From Catajapyx aquilonaris (Eukaryota): a DNA stretch of 63,832 nucleotides. Of the stretch, positions 51,578 to 63,832 are shown in pieces (the stretch's first letter is position 1; each line of letters starts with the position of its first letter). The notes under the pieces are model-generated. The model was not told where the DNA came from. It worked only from the letters and a program-made list of their open reading frames with translations, and searched no databases. The stretch covers positions 62,169 through 126,000 of the forward strand of contig KZ538005.1 in NCBI GenBank assembly GCA_000934665.2, written 5' to 3'. A program made the translations under genes and the position numbers.

Positions 51578-54500
51578 CTAGGTTAAAAGGACACCGATTT
51601 TAGAACCCGTTCTTGTCACAACAACAACACAGGGTAGTAGGAAAAGAAACTGGGTGGTCACTCACCCGTGGAAATTATTGCGCATGTGTAAAATGAGCAC
51701 TAATTTGCAAATTGCAGGGCAGGCAAGCAATATTTCCACAGGCGTGTAATTACATGGGAAGTGCAGACTTTTTACCCACCAGGAAATCAACCCAGCATGC
51801 AAAATGGGCATCAAATTGTGGGAAATTTGTCTGGGGAAGTATTGTTTCGAATGGAAAGATGGACCCACCTGAACTCTGGCCTCGGAGAGGTTGGTCTTGG
51901 AGGCCAACCGCTCGCGAGTGTTGACGCAAGGATAGTGCGTCTTTTCAAACTCTTTCTCCAGTTCCTCCAGTTGTTCCGGGGTGAAGGTGGTCCGGTTCCT
52001 CCGGAACTTGGGCTGGTCACTACCTCCGATGCAACTTCCGGGACCCGTGCCCTCTGACCCAGAAGTGTCATCTCGGGCGTCGGCCTCTGTCAAAAAATAT
52101 ATGTTGCTATCAGTTACGCTCGGTTTCACACCCCACGAAGTGACGTACCAGGGAGTCGAGCGTTGAGACCATCATTGTTGGTTGTGGTCAGCGACACTGG
52201 TACGTCGTTATTGGGTGACGAAGCAGCGGCTGCGGCTGCGGCAGCCGAAACTGCGGCTGTTGCAGCCGACAACGATGCGCTGTGGTTGGGTGGTACCAGG
52301 GGTGACCAAAGTGGGGTTGCTGGCCAAGGAAAGGCGTATGGGTGGTACAGGCCGTAGCCTGCAGCCCGGGCGAATTCCGCTGCTGCTCTTTCGGCTGCTC
52401 GGTTACGCAGAATGCGGTTGATGCTGCTCACACTAGGTGCGGTGTTGTTGGTGCACACACCTGTTTAAAAGATATAAGACTCACCTGAGACTAAGTAAAA
52501 GGAAGATCATGAGGTTTAATTTTTTTGTGTTGAAACTTGCATGCGCTATCAATCAGCACAAGTTTCTCCAGTACGTGTGAGGAATTGTGTGGAATTCGTG
52601 ATATCACGGATTGTGCTCGTGACGGCTTGTGAAGACATTAAAACTGCTAAATGGTCCTGAGAAGGATAACTTGTTACGATTGTGCAGAGTGCAAGGTTGG
52701 TATGTTTTCACGCTCATTTGATTAGTACTCATATTTTGCCAAACATTTTGAGCAAGATTGCAGTACCGGCGGTACGTTCTGACAAAATGAAAGTGTGACT
52801 CGGGGTCAGCCATGCTCCATATACAATCACTACCATGCTATTCAGTGTCGCGTAGGTGAAAAAGTGACCGGTCCAGTCGGTATAATCGATTTGGTTCAGG
52901 CGTTTCCTTCTCACCGGACACACAGGACCAAGGCACCCAAACCTTTTGTTGTGGACCCCCCCCCCTACCCACCAACCTCCCAACCCTATAGAGTGTACAT
53001 ATATTTTTTCGGCGCCGCCTTGCGTCTGTCCCCCATTAAAGCGTGATCCCGGCCTTGGAAGTGGGTACTTTTGTTACAGCTCTCGAAGCAAAGAGGATTA
53101 ATTGTTGCCTGCATTTCCCTAGCCGGGATTAATTTCATTACGGAGAAAATGAGGTTTCTTTGTGGCAAAGGAGAAGCTCATTAGTTTTGATTAATGGACC
53201 CCCGACAGGCCGTCGACTGGGGGCGAGAAGGTGAGTTGGATTCCAATAAAAAATACTATTTGAGTCTAGGAACCAGAGGTACCCAACAGGTAACCCGACT
53301 GATTTGTATTGGCTAAAAAAGACATTAATCTCCAACCAGCCGCTTCCTGAAATCGGGTGTAACTCGGTGCTAATCCGTCCCAAGAATTGTGACCTTAAAA
53401 CACCGTTAAGATTTTCACGTGGCCAATTAACATATGTAAGGTCATCCGAAAGTACCCGTCTTGAAATAACCACAATGCTCTTCCTATTTCTCCGTAATTG
53501 AAGTGCCACACGGATCCGGTTAAATATTATTATTAGGTGCAGAGGTTGCGAAAAATCTCTACACGGCAATTCCTTGTCTCCACTAGTTTACAATTTGGCT
53601 TTTTTTCTATGCCGCTTAATTGCCAAGCCGGTTTAAGAAGCTTATGTAAATCTTGCAGATGTTTATTGGAATGTGCTCACATTTTGCGGAATGAGTTTTT
53701 CCGGTGGCGAAACTACGTCGACGGAATGTTAATGCGTGTAATTGAAGAAATCATTTAGCAACTCGAGTGCTGCTAAAACGCTGTACCAAAAATCGGACAG
53801 AAGCAGGTTTTTTCCCACCTTCTTCACCAACAGAAAATCGCGCCTGATCTCAACTCGTGACATCTAGGATGATGTGGTAATAAGCCTACCGTTTCGTGGC
53901 ACGGGATACTTCATTACCAATCCGACCAGAAAAAATAAGAGAAGAAGGGTACAGACATTCGGGTCACGTTCGTAAGCTTGATGGAAAGGATACCTGAAGA
54001 GAAACCCTCCTACCACCTTTTTTTGCGATTTGTTTCATCCTCTGGTGGTGAGGAGAGATGGACATGCGCACGTCTGTTGTCACAAGACGGGCCAGAAAAT
54101 TTGTAAATGCCATGATTTACATACACAGAAACATAAGTTGTGAGTCTGAGTGACATATGGGGAAAAAACTGTTCCAAAAAAACTAGCTGGGTGAATTCCT
54201 GCACTAGCTACTCTTTTTTATCTAGTTTTTAAAAGTCACTCTGTGTAATGGACGTGTCATTATGTGCAATCAAAGGATGTGAGCCGTGCTTTATCTTTGC
54301 TTAGCTGCCCATGTGCTCTTAACCAAGGTGATGAATGAGACTACTGGTACCTGCTTAAAATTTGTTAGCGCGTAAAATTGGGTAACAAGCTGGCACGTTA
54401 TCACGAGTACGGTGTCTCATAAATACGGTAGTCCTCGTCATTCGACTCGTAATAATTAAAATCGTAAATCAACTTGCGAGTCAGCCCGTCAAGAGTCGTG

Positions 54501-57500
54501 CAAGTATAACCTTTATGGAAGCGGATCCAACAGTGCCATGAAAATTGAAGCAAAATAGTCGCATATGGTATGACTCGGCTCTTCAAAATTCCAAATACTG
54601 TTTGATCATCAATAAAAATTTGCCACCCGGTTGTGTTCAACTTTTTTATCCGCTCATCATTTCGGTGAGAACCTGCACTTTGCATGATTGCGTTCCGGGT
54701 AAAAACAGGAATCAGGCTTAATCACAGGGAGTTAATTCAAATAGCAAATCATACCCATCACTGTTTACACTCATTCCCTGGAGGACTCGCTTTAATAATA
54801 ACCCCATGATTGACCATACCTGTGATTATATTTTACTGCCCTTTCAGGGTATTAAATCAATTTGTACCCAGATTTCTGTCACGAATGTAAATTCGAGCTA
54901 GCAGTTTTTTTGGAAATATCGACGAATATTTCTTGCTTCCTTCTGAATTGACTGCTTACAACCAATTTGGCTGTCAATTGTAGCCAATGAACCGCATTTT
55001 TACATTCGGCATCTGTGTAACTTGAAGGCTCGAAGCGAAAGGCATCCCTATGGCTACATTCCCCCAATTTTTTTGAAGGCAGAACCTCTCTCTTTCCCGG
55101 CGTCTTTGGTATCACCCCCCTCACCTCCAAGACACCCTTTACCACCGAAACCAGCAGCCGTTCACAGGGTGCTAATGAAACAGAGTCTGAACAGGTTTTT
55201 CCTCCCAGAACGGGAACCTGCTACCGGCCGGCACCTTGTGCGCATATTATTGTCTTGCACAAGAGGGCCTGGCGCTTGAGTTACGGCCTGGGCTTATTAT
55301 GTTTTTCTTGCCAAATGGTCGAGTCCGGGGGTAGCTTCCACTCCGTGCTACGTGCCGTAATTTGCCTCGACTCTTGCCCATAAGAAGCGCATAATTATAT
55401 TGACGTGTGAGGATGGGCTGGTATGGAGCACGTTCAGGTTCCAGTTATTTTTTGTGGGTATATCTTCAATTTTTTTTGAGGGAACGATATAGCTTGGAGG
55501 CAGGTTTGGTCTTATAATGTGGCTACAAAGATGCCCTCTGCATGTAAGGCTGTCACGAGGGAGGTGAAATGTGATGCTGACCCAGTTGTCCACCGTTAAG
55601 GAGATTATCTCCTAGTCCATCTTTGGGTACGTCGGTTGCACCTCCGACGGTAACCTGTAATTTGCTTCCACAAAAAGGGGGCAACGACTCAATCTTGGCC
55701 TGCTACTGGGTGGTTCGTATTTTTAGCTTGCTCTACTATGGGCGAGTTGCTCATAAAAATAGCATAGGTTATGGAAATGATGACGTGAAAGTGCCCTCCC
55801 AGAAGGCAAGGTCTTGACACATAATTGCTCAGGTTCTGCACGTAAAGGCGGTGCATTGAATGACATATTTCAGATTAAGTATGGATAGTACAAGGTTTCA
55901 AGCGCAAGAAACACAATTGGTTACAAATAACATGCAGAGAAAGGAGACAGACGTATTGTGTCCCTGCCAGAATCTGGCCTAAACTGTGTAATGAACGCCA
56001 TAAGTCATGTCTGTGCACCTAATTATTGTCGCCTTAACTCAAGACCGGATGGATCTGGTCACACATGGGCAACAAGCACAAAAACACCCGGCGTGTAATT
56101 TGGCATGGTTAATGGTTACGTTTGCCAAATGGAGCCAACTTATATTTTTTGCGTGTTCAAAAGATGCCAGTGTCAATGAGGTGTCCAGCAGCCCTTTGGG
56201 TACGCCGGTACAGAACTGACAATGATTGCGTGCGAGTTCACCAATGTTCGGGGGGCTCCTGATAAAAGCTTGTGGGACCCCTGTAATTGCAGCCTCCCCT
56301 TCGATCCCCCCTCACGCAAAGCTTTACATGGGGAATGACAATAGTTGAGTGACCTCCATGAACCGACGATTCAGATGCTGGCACTTATGTGTCCACCTAC
56401 CTGCACGAAGCTGACCACCACAACAGGTGGTTGGCGTTCTAGCATATGTGTCACAATATAATCACACTGGGGGGGGGGGGACACTGATTCAGACAATATG
56501 TGGTGGACAAAAGAAAATGGACTGATTTGGTGCTTGGGCATTGTCATAACTGGTGCGAGCTTTGTACAAAACAATGGCTATCTTGACGTATGATTATTAT
56601 TATGGAGTATGACTCGACTAATATCGTTGCACATAATGCGAATATTTCAATTAAGAATTGTTATGATACTTACGCTACATGTGACATTCTGGCTAAAGTC
56701 CCTAACTGCAGAATATAGGGCAGTTAAAAAATAGTTAGGATGTCCTTGTCTCGCACATAATTATGGCTATATATATGACCGTACAAGTTACTATCGCCCG
56801 GAATTATGTAAGTGTGCCACTTAAAGCATATGAAATTTATAAACGATGTATTTAAAAATTCGCTGCATTTACTAACATACACCACCCGTGACAAGAGCGT
56901 TTACTTTACGAACGTCCTGACATTAAGTGACCCATAATGTGGTGTAATACTTACTAAAGGCCGGATTGGTCTCTCCTAATTCCTGCGTTTATACCAATAT
57001 CATGAGAAGCCGAGTGATTACACGCATTTCACCATCAGGCTTAAGTTGTTCCGAGGCCATGACGCTGCAAGTAGTGCCCAAAGGCATCTGGTACGACTTG
57101 GCGTAAACTTTTCTCACGATGGCCTAGACACATCACGCAATTCGAGCAATTGGTCCGTGACCAGCGGTAGTAACGTTGCGGTTATATATATTTTTTATCC
57201 CCTTTCGTAGTCATGTTTGATCTAGCCCCAGCACGCTTCTAATCTGCACTTACCTTCAGATATTAGCCGCTCTCGTATCTCCCAGGCGAAAATGGTCGGA
57301 TTCTCCCGTTTGTATTGCTCAATTTTGGCCACGACGGCAGGTGTGGCCACCTTTGGTTTGCTGCCTCCGATGATGCCCGGTGGCCTCAAAGACCCAGCTG
57401 TAAATAACATTGCGACACCCTTATTACGACTACTCAGGAACACTTATGTCTTATCATCTGCTATATTACAGTATTTTAGTCTGATTTCGAAATGAGGCTT

Positions 57501-60500
57501 GTTGCCAGAGTCCTGATGAAATACAGTACATTGCTACTGTATTTTACATGAATATTTGAGCTTATAAATAATATTTTCAATACATATTAATATGGGGAAT
57601 TGCTACAGGTACGTCCTAAACGGAATGAAACTTTTGAAACTTGTTGAAAAATAGCAATATTATATCAGAAAAAAGTTTAAAGTAACACCAATAATAATTG
57701 AGGAGTGGGAATACCAAAGGATCTAAGTGGCAGATAATTAAAAATTGAGATTCTGCGTGCCAAATGCTCTATGTGCCCTGCCTAATCCCATGCAGGAGGC
57801 TCAAAGTGCCAAAAAATTCATTCGTCGTACCGGTATACTGAAGGTATCCCACATGTAAGCATGGTCTTCTCATTTGAAATAAACTCAATTATCTCTCTTC
57901 AAGATTTTTGGGACTTGGAGTCTTTGGGATTTCCACTCTTCAATTATTTATTATTACTGAGAAATTGCACAGACTGCATACATTTTCCAACCAGCTTTTC
58001 AATTACACCGTAAAAAAAACGGTCCCGTCCACACTCATTTGCGCTGCGCAATTAAGACAACGCCTCTCTCGTTATAAACCCGCCATATAATATCGAGAGG
58101 CTATACTTTGCTCACATAATATGTGCATGCTCATATGTACAAAAAAAAAAATCGTTTTGAAATATGAAGTGTACCTAGTCCTTCCTGATCGGCAAGAATG
58201 TGCTGAATTTTCGGCTTTCGCGGAGAAAACTAACGCCATATTTTTTATTACCTCCCAACTCCTACACCCTGCTCATGCTCACGTAATTATGATGCAGGGT
58301 ACCTGAAAATTTTTGGATGGGAGTGTCAATCATGCAGTGGGCATTTGAAGACCAGGGGGGAACCAGTAGCACTTCCTGCAATCAATCTGGATTGCCAACC
58401 AACCCATGCGGTGTGCGTGCGGCACGCAACCTTTCAATGTGTTTTCACTTGTGTCCGCAGAGCCGGTAACAGAATGCCTACACATTCAGGTGATGAGGTA
58501 ACTTAATTGCACATTCCGGTATTCCAGGATTCCAGTCTAAAATTGCGATGGATAGGGCGCGATTCTAGGCGATTTCGGGCGATTTCGGGCATGTTCGAGC
58601 AATTTCGGGCAATTTCAGACGAACTTACCTAGAAGTTTGGTGACTGCTCCCTGCTGGGAGAGCATGTGCTGTGCCAGGTCGTAAGGTCGTAAGCCGTACC
58701 GTGACAGCTCCAGAAGACGGTGCTGACTGGCGTTGAGGGGATTGGAGGCGCCAGCGGCGGCCGCGGCTGCGGCGGCTGCTGCGGCGGCTGAGCCGTACAG
58801 TTCGCGCAACTGGGGCGGTACTGGGCCTAAGAATAAACAAAACATCAAATGGGTATTAGAAGGAAGCTGATGGTTGACCTTGCTTAGGAGGATATAAATA
58901 TTGCATAACTCGTTGCTAATATTGGAGACCACCCTTTTGCAGTGAAAGGCGCAGTTACGATGTGTTGCTATATGGGCTTTGCCTGAGGGTGTGCTGAATG
59001 CATCTACATTTTCCCCTCGAGGTTTTCAATTATGCAGCACCTGAACCACTTTATAAATTCCACAAGGTCTGCCAGCGAGTGTCGGAAGGACACAAATGAG
59101 GAGAATGTTTATCGAAAGATTCATAATAATCAGGTGGTAATATGATGTCCCAACCTACTGCCTAATGCCCTTGCAATAATATTTGGGGGGGAAAAATATA
59201 TAGTAAAGCGTGTAGTAAACAGGATGATGAGGTGCCTAAGTTGATGGATTACTTGCTCCAGTTGCGCATGCGCATTCCCACTGGTAGGTCCCAATACATA
59301 CGCTAGAGTGGAGCAGGTAATCCATCATATTTATCCACCCTGTAATCAGCATCTATTTAATTATAATTTGTACATGTAAGACTATGAAATTGATAAAATA
59401 CTTTATATACGTAACATTCATTTTATGTTGCAAATTATAGTCAACACATGCTGATAATAGCTATTTTAAATAAGGACTACCGCATATTTGTGAAAAAAAC
59501 CACATATTCAGCCTGCATCCTTGTTGCGGGCTACACGTGAAAAACCGAGTAGTGTGAATTGTGCCAAGTTCATCCAAAAGATTCACACGGTGAACCATAA
59601 TAAAAACTGTTCCTGTTCTTGAACTTGATCTGACATTAATCACGCGATCAGTCGTCATAATGGGCGCCTAATGACACATTTTGTTCATTGATTTCCTGGT
59701 TCATGCTCACAAAAAAAAATTAAAATCACTGCTTCTTGGAAGGACATTTTTTTTTCCTCTCCTTATTTTCCCTCAAATTTTTTACCACCCCCATTTTGCA
59801 TGACTTAGTTCACATGCTCGCTCGGCAAAGACCGTGATTAAGAGATCACGACGCGGTCACTTTCATTCGTCTTTTTCCCCTCAAAAAGCGCTTTTTCCCA
59901 TCGAAAGAAAGATGATCGAGGGCCTTGTAGAATCAGATGCAAAGTCCAAAGATTGCTGGAGGCGCGCTTTGCCTCTCGGGAAGTTGCTCCTCAACCAGCA
60001 ATTTGCACGAAAGCCAACCCTGGCTCTGTACTTAGCCATTGTATTGCGTTTTCCCAACTTCTACCATCCCCCCCCCACCTCCCACCCCACCTCCTCGACT
60101 CATTATTTACGGGAGGGAAGACTCAAATTCGACGTCAGATTTTGCCTTAAGAACATGGCTTGTGTGCACCGTGTGTGTGCAGAAACACACAACTCTCTTG
60201 TGGCCCGCGGGGTATAAGCTTCTCCAGGAGGGTTCATCAAACCTTTTGACTTGTGGCCGGAAATTCCGGATCCTATACGGATGCGCAGGCAAGATTGTTG
60301 GAGGATTTATTGCCGAGCGATTATGAAAACATTGTTCGGAATATTTTTAACATTAGGCCGGTTATATTATAAATCCGAGTTTCTTTTTGGAAAATTCTTA
60401 CTTTTGGTTTTCGTCAACAATGGTTGCCATAGCAATTCTTGTTATAACCGAGGTTCTAAAATATGACCAGGTTGATAAAACCCGACCTAAGGCATCATAT

Positions 60501-61621
60501 TGATTTGTCTTGTTTATTATTAACTAAATTACTTCTGCTGTTTTTTTTGCAAATAATGTGATTTTGAATTTAATGTGATTTATAACTGCCCCGCAAAACT
60601 ACGTAATGGCGTTATTGCAGGATATACTGTATTCAAATCTACAAGTAAATAAGAGTGTCTATAATACGTGATTGTGTGTTATTAACCCACGACAAAGTAT
60701 TGAATTAGCCGTGATCTATAATATTTTGAGCTCATTGATAAAAATTGTTTCCCATAGCCTTCGAATATTTTAGTTAACGATAATTATTATTGTATTGCCA
60801 TTGCTACTGTATACATTATAGGTGTAAAGAAATATCTAATAGAGCTGCAGTCACCAAGCAGTTTTGCAAAAGCTGCAAATTCCTACATAAACAGTCACCC
60901 TGATAAGTTAATCCCATTGCATTGGAGTGGTTGAGCTGATCGTTTCAGTGAAATCGTAGACGGGGTATGATAAAATCCAGAATGTTATGTTTTGATCTGC
61001 TAAATGTCTATTATCATAACCAAAATGGAACGTTAGCTATAGCTAAGTGTTATGCTTAGATGATTGTTTGAAAATGATTAATACCGGTAATTTGTTGTTG
61101 ATTATTCATAATGTATTCCATTTAATTGGGTGTCATTTATTTATTTGTGGCATGTTTTTAAGATTATGCTGATTGACCTGGGTCTCCTTCATAGCTGTCT
61201 TTTGCAGCGAAGTGTTGTAATGATATTGTTGTTGATGTTATCGTATATTTTGATCCAGAGCAAACGTTGTGTTCATTCTAGATCCAGGCATGTGGTATTA
61301 GATAATTCATTTTCGCTACATCATGGATAAGTTGTTGACAAGATTGTTATCTAATTCACCAGTTACAATTATTATTTAGTAAACAGCTTGCTCTATGATC
61401 ATGACCGTCAGTGAGATTGTATCTCAGTGAAGAAAATAATCTCCCTATTCCATCTTTCATAAATTATTAGGTGTGTGCATAAATTTTATAAAATAATATC
61501 ATCCAGGGGAGTGTGTTTGTGTTTTTTGCACCAACAGGTCTGTCATTTGCAGACCCATTGCGTAAACAATAACTTTGAGATTAAAATTTTAATATGCAGA
61601 AGATACTTTGCATAATTATTT

Positions 61622-61683
<62 letters not shown>

Positions 61684-61692
61684 CAACAACCG

Positions 61693-61727
<35 letters not shown>

Positions 61728-63737
61728 GCATCATCATCATCACTGGGAAAAATAAGAAATACTGTCAGCAGTAACATGCATTTTGGTTTTGCTGTACACA
61801 ACTTTAAGTTTTCTACATGGCAACGATATTTTTCTGTACTACGAATGAATCAAAATCACAACATCTCCACTGACAATAAAGCTACTTAACATTCTCTATA
61901 AAGAGAACTTTTAATTTGCTTGATATTCTTCATCGTGAATTCATATCTTTACGACGTACTCATTAAAAATAACTCGGGATACAATTATTGCACGCATATT
62001 ATCTTTTAAACACTCGCTTTTGAATCATGTTTGTAGTTACAGGTGAAGTGAGTTACAATAAATTCAGAGTCATTGTGGGAACTACTATCGCATACAGTAC
62101 TTCACATTTTTTTTTTGCAACATGTATCTTGTGCTCAATAAGACATAGGCCTATTTAAAAAAAAACAACTTGCTTTGTCTGTACAGAGATGCTGTCACAA
62201 GTTGATCTCCAGTTGGGCTACCAAAATAATAGAGAAAATGTCTGACTTCTGTGTTTTGAATAGTATGCATAATTGGAAGTTTTTCTCTTAATTTGATTTA
62301 ATCCAACCAGTCTTAACAGTGATGCCAGACACTTATTGACCGGGCGAATAAATTATTTTACTGGGATGAGAATGAAAATAATTAATATTCGGCAAGAGAC
62401 GACATACACAAAACCTTCTTGATAGAAGATAAGAAGAGTCTTGAGAAACAAAAACCAGACGGCACGGAGAACCTTTATAAAACAAAAATAATGGACCCTT
62501 CCAGTTTCCAATATTCAAAGTTGATGACACTGCCATCCAAGTCGTGGGAAGTCACCGTTTGTACCCTGCATGACCTTTTAAAGCCTAGTAGATCTATTTT
62601 AATAGCTCACATCAAATGATATTTCTCTGAAATATGACATACGTTCAATCAAAAGAGCAACCATTACATAACAAAATCATATGGGCAGTATCCCAATGCC
62701 ACTTTGGATGTCCTCTGTAGCAACAGGTATGACAATCAAATGAATCTTAGGTGTATATCTCCCATTATAGGTAGATGTCCCACATAAATCATAGGAAAAT
62801 ATGGACAGAAGAGTTGTGCATCTTGCACCTTTTTGTCGGAGTGTCCGACCCCTCGTTAGGTCGTAATGGCCAATATAATTTACTGACTGATTAATTTTGC
62901 GCACAACAGCAGTATATTTTACTAATGACTTGTACTGCGGTAATTTATATTGAAAATATGAGACTGGACAGAACTTGATGGTTGATATTAGCAGTTGGTA
63001 TAAATAAATGAGAATATTGAATTAATGTTAGCAGATTGATGGCTGGTAGACTTAACCCCCTCCTCTATAACAATATTGAAATATAAATATTTTTACGGAC
63101 AATCGCTCCTTTTGAATATACAGGGTGTTCCAACTTCCAAGTTTGTGGGCCCTTTTAGTTCTAGGAAATTTTGCTCAAAACGTGTTTTTTTGTAGCTTGT
63201 TGTGCCCCGATCCAGGTGCCCTATTCTATTGAAACTGTTACATTCGACCACCTGATAGTATACTGAGGCACCTGGATCGAGGCACAACAAGCTACACGAA
63301 AATAACTACCTCGGGCGATATCAGTGATAAATAAAATGACCCACGAACTTGGAACACCCTGTATGTGATCATAGAACTCTCAGTGATCCCGGCTCCGAGT
63401 GTCACTGTGGCTGGACAATGTAAACTCTATCTAGATGTTAGAACTTGTCGAACTCAACGGTTCCAGCACTTTTACACACTCATTCATAATAGCCTATTTG
63501 TATTGCCAGACTACATAACTGGAGAGACTCAGCGATGGACCCAATCAGACAAGCACATGCTGGCAAGTATCGGTGCCAAAAACCCAGAATCACGTGGTGG
63601 CCAAGAGACCAGAACGGCCTACCTCCTCCATGTGTCGGCACAGACACCGTGATGTTAGGCATCGACGACGGCAAGTCCATCTTCCAAGGTCCGGGACTAC
63701 AGGCGGGGCTCGCCAGGCTGGAATCTGCCACCAGCAT
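51146..63737 (-). CDS. eyg: Eyegone-class Pax transcription factor, 6 coding exons, ~472 aa: join(63737-63623, 58826-58629, 57397-57254, 52460-52149, 52086-51869, 51577-51146)
   Basis: Truncated paired domain ([21 protein letters not shown] / [35 protein letters not shown] / [19 protein letters not shown]). Eyg-type [19 protein letters not shown] linker. Homeodomain [45 protein letters not shown]. All junctions GT-AG with phases 1,1,1,1,0; total 1419 nt = 473 codons. Confidence 0.93.
51869..52086 (-). CDS. eyg: eyg exon 5: homeodomain helices 1-2
   Basis: Acceptor TTTTTTGACAG|AG. Donor CAG|GTGGGT at the classical paired-class Q/V intron position. Confidence 0.95.
52149..52460 (-). CDS. eyg: eyg exon 4: end of RED subdomain plus Ala-rich linker
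   Basis: Acceptor TTTTAAACAG|GT. Donor G|GTACGT. Followed by a 62-nt intron. Confidence 0.93.
57254..57397 (-). CDS. eyg: eyg exon 3: paired-domain linker and RED helices
   Basis: Acceptor TTATTTACAG|CT. Donor G|GTAAGT. Encodes [19 protein letters not shown]. Confidence 0.95.
58561..58620. repeat. 6 x 10-bp degenerate tandem repeat (RATTTCGGGC) at the 5' end of eyg intron 2
   Basis: gattctaggc gatttcgggc gatttcgggc atgttcgagc aatttcgggc aatttcagac. Confidence 0.75.
58629..58826 (-). CDS. eyg: eyg exon 2: 12-Ala tract plus remnant PAI helices
   Basis: Acceptor TTTATTCTTAG|GC. Donor G|GTAAGT. 198 nt, phase 1-1. Confidence 0.92.
   Translation of the reverse strand, partial: AQYRPSCANCTAQPPQQPPQPRPPLAPPIPSTPVSTVFWSCHGTAYDLTTWHSTCSPSREQSPNF
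61622..61742. repeat. Compound microsatellite (TAA)n(CAA)n(CAT)n
   Basis: Directly visible; it explains the poly-Ile and poly-Met ORFs in the track. Confidence 0.95.
63121..63361. mobile_element. Tc1/mariner-type fold-back MITE in eyg intron 1
   Basis: TA|CAGGGTGTTCCAA ... TTGGAACACCCTG|TA. Inner inverted arm TGTAGCTTGTTGTGCCCCGATCCAGGTGCC pairs with GGCACCTGGATCGAGGCACAACAAGCTACA. Confidence 0.85.
63623..63737 (-). CDS. eyg: Probable eyg first coding exon ([38 protein letters not shown])
   Basis: GC-rich segment. ATG at 63737 preceded by an in-frame stop. Donor GAG|GTAGGC in phase 1 (115 nt), matching the phase-1 acceptor of exon 2. Confidence 0.7.
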
Positions 63738-63832
63738 CCTCCGACCTGAACAATGGTCACCCTATGTGTATGGGTAACTGGTACCCTTCTCCCCTGGACG
63801 CCCCGCAACAAACGTCCGATCAGCGGGGACAA

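Noticed and set aside
57513..57552. CTGATGA followed by a hairpin (hammerhead-like)
   Set aside because: No GAAA after the stem, so the catalytic core is incomplete.
61608..61889. Poly-Ile / poly-Met ORFs
   Set aside because: Translations of the compound microsatellite.
63365..63777. Plus-strand ORFs 63365-63652 and 63535-63777
   Set aside because: Better explained as antisense shadows of the GC-rich eyg first exon.
1..63832. Prokaryotic systems (CRISPR arrays, operons, rRNA)
   Set aside because: The sequence is intron-containing animal DNA; no repeat-spacer arrays or rRNA-like segments were seen.

Overview
Eukaryotic genomic DNA, most likely from an arthropod; most ORF-track entries are spurious. 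The main feature is an apparently complete six-exon eyegone-class Pax gene on the minus strand (CDS 63737 to 51146, about 472 aa). It has a truncated paired domain and a Ser50 paired-class homeodomain, with GT-AG sites in consistent phase at every junction. The ~50 kb downstream of it is mostly gene-poor and contains non-autonomous DNA transposons (hAT-like MITEs with 8-bp TSDs, fold-back elements, a triple-nested complex at 34.7-35.9 kb) and a tRNA-derived SINE with a perfect TSD. A Tc1/mariner-type MITE lies inside eyg intron 1. The most novel signal is at 7.7-9.5 kb: two compact two-exon plus-strand genes (169 and 145 aa) that the ORF track only shows as fragments. They appear to be deeply diverged tandem paralogs sharing a phase-0 intron at the same aligned position, and I cannot assign them to any family. 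No database searches were run.
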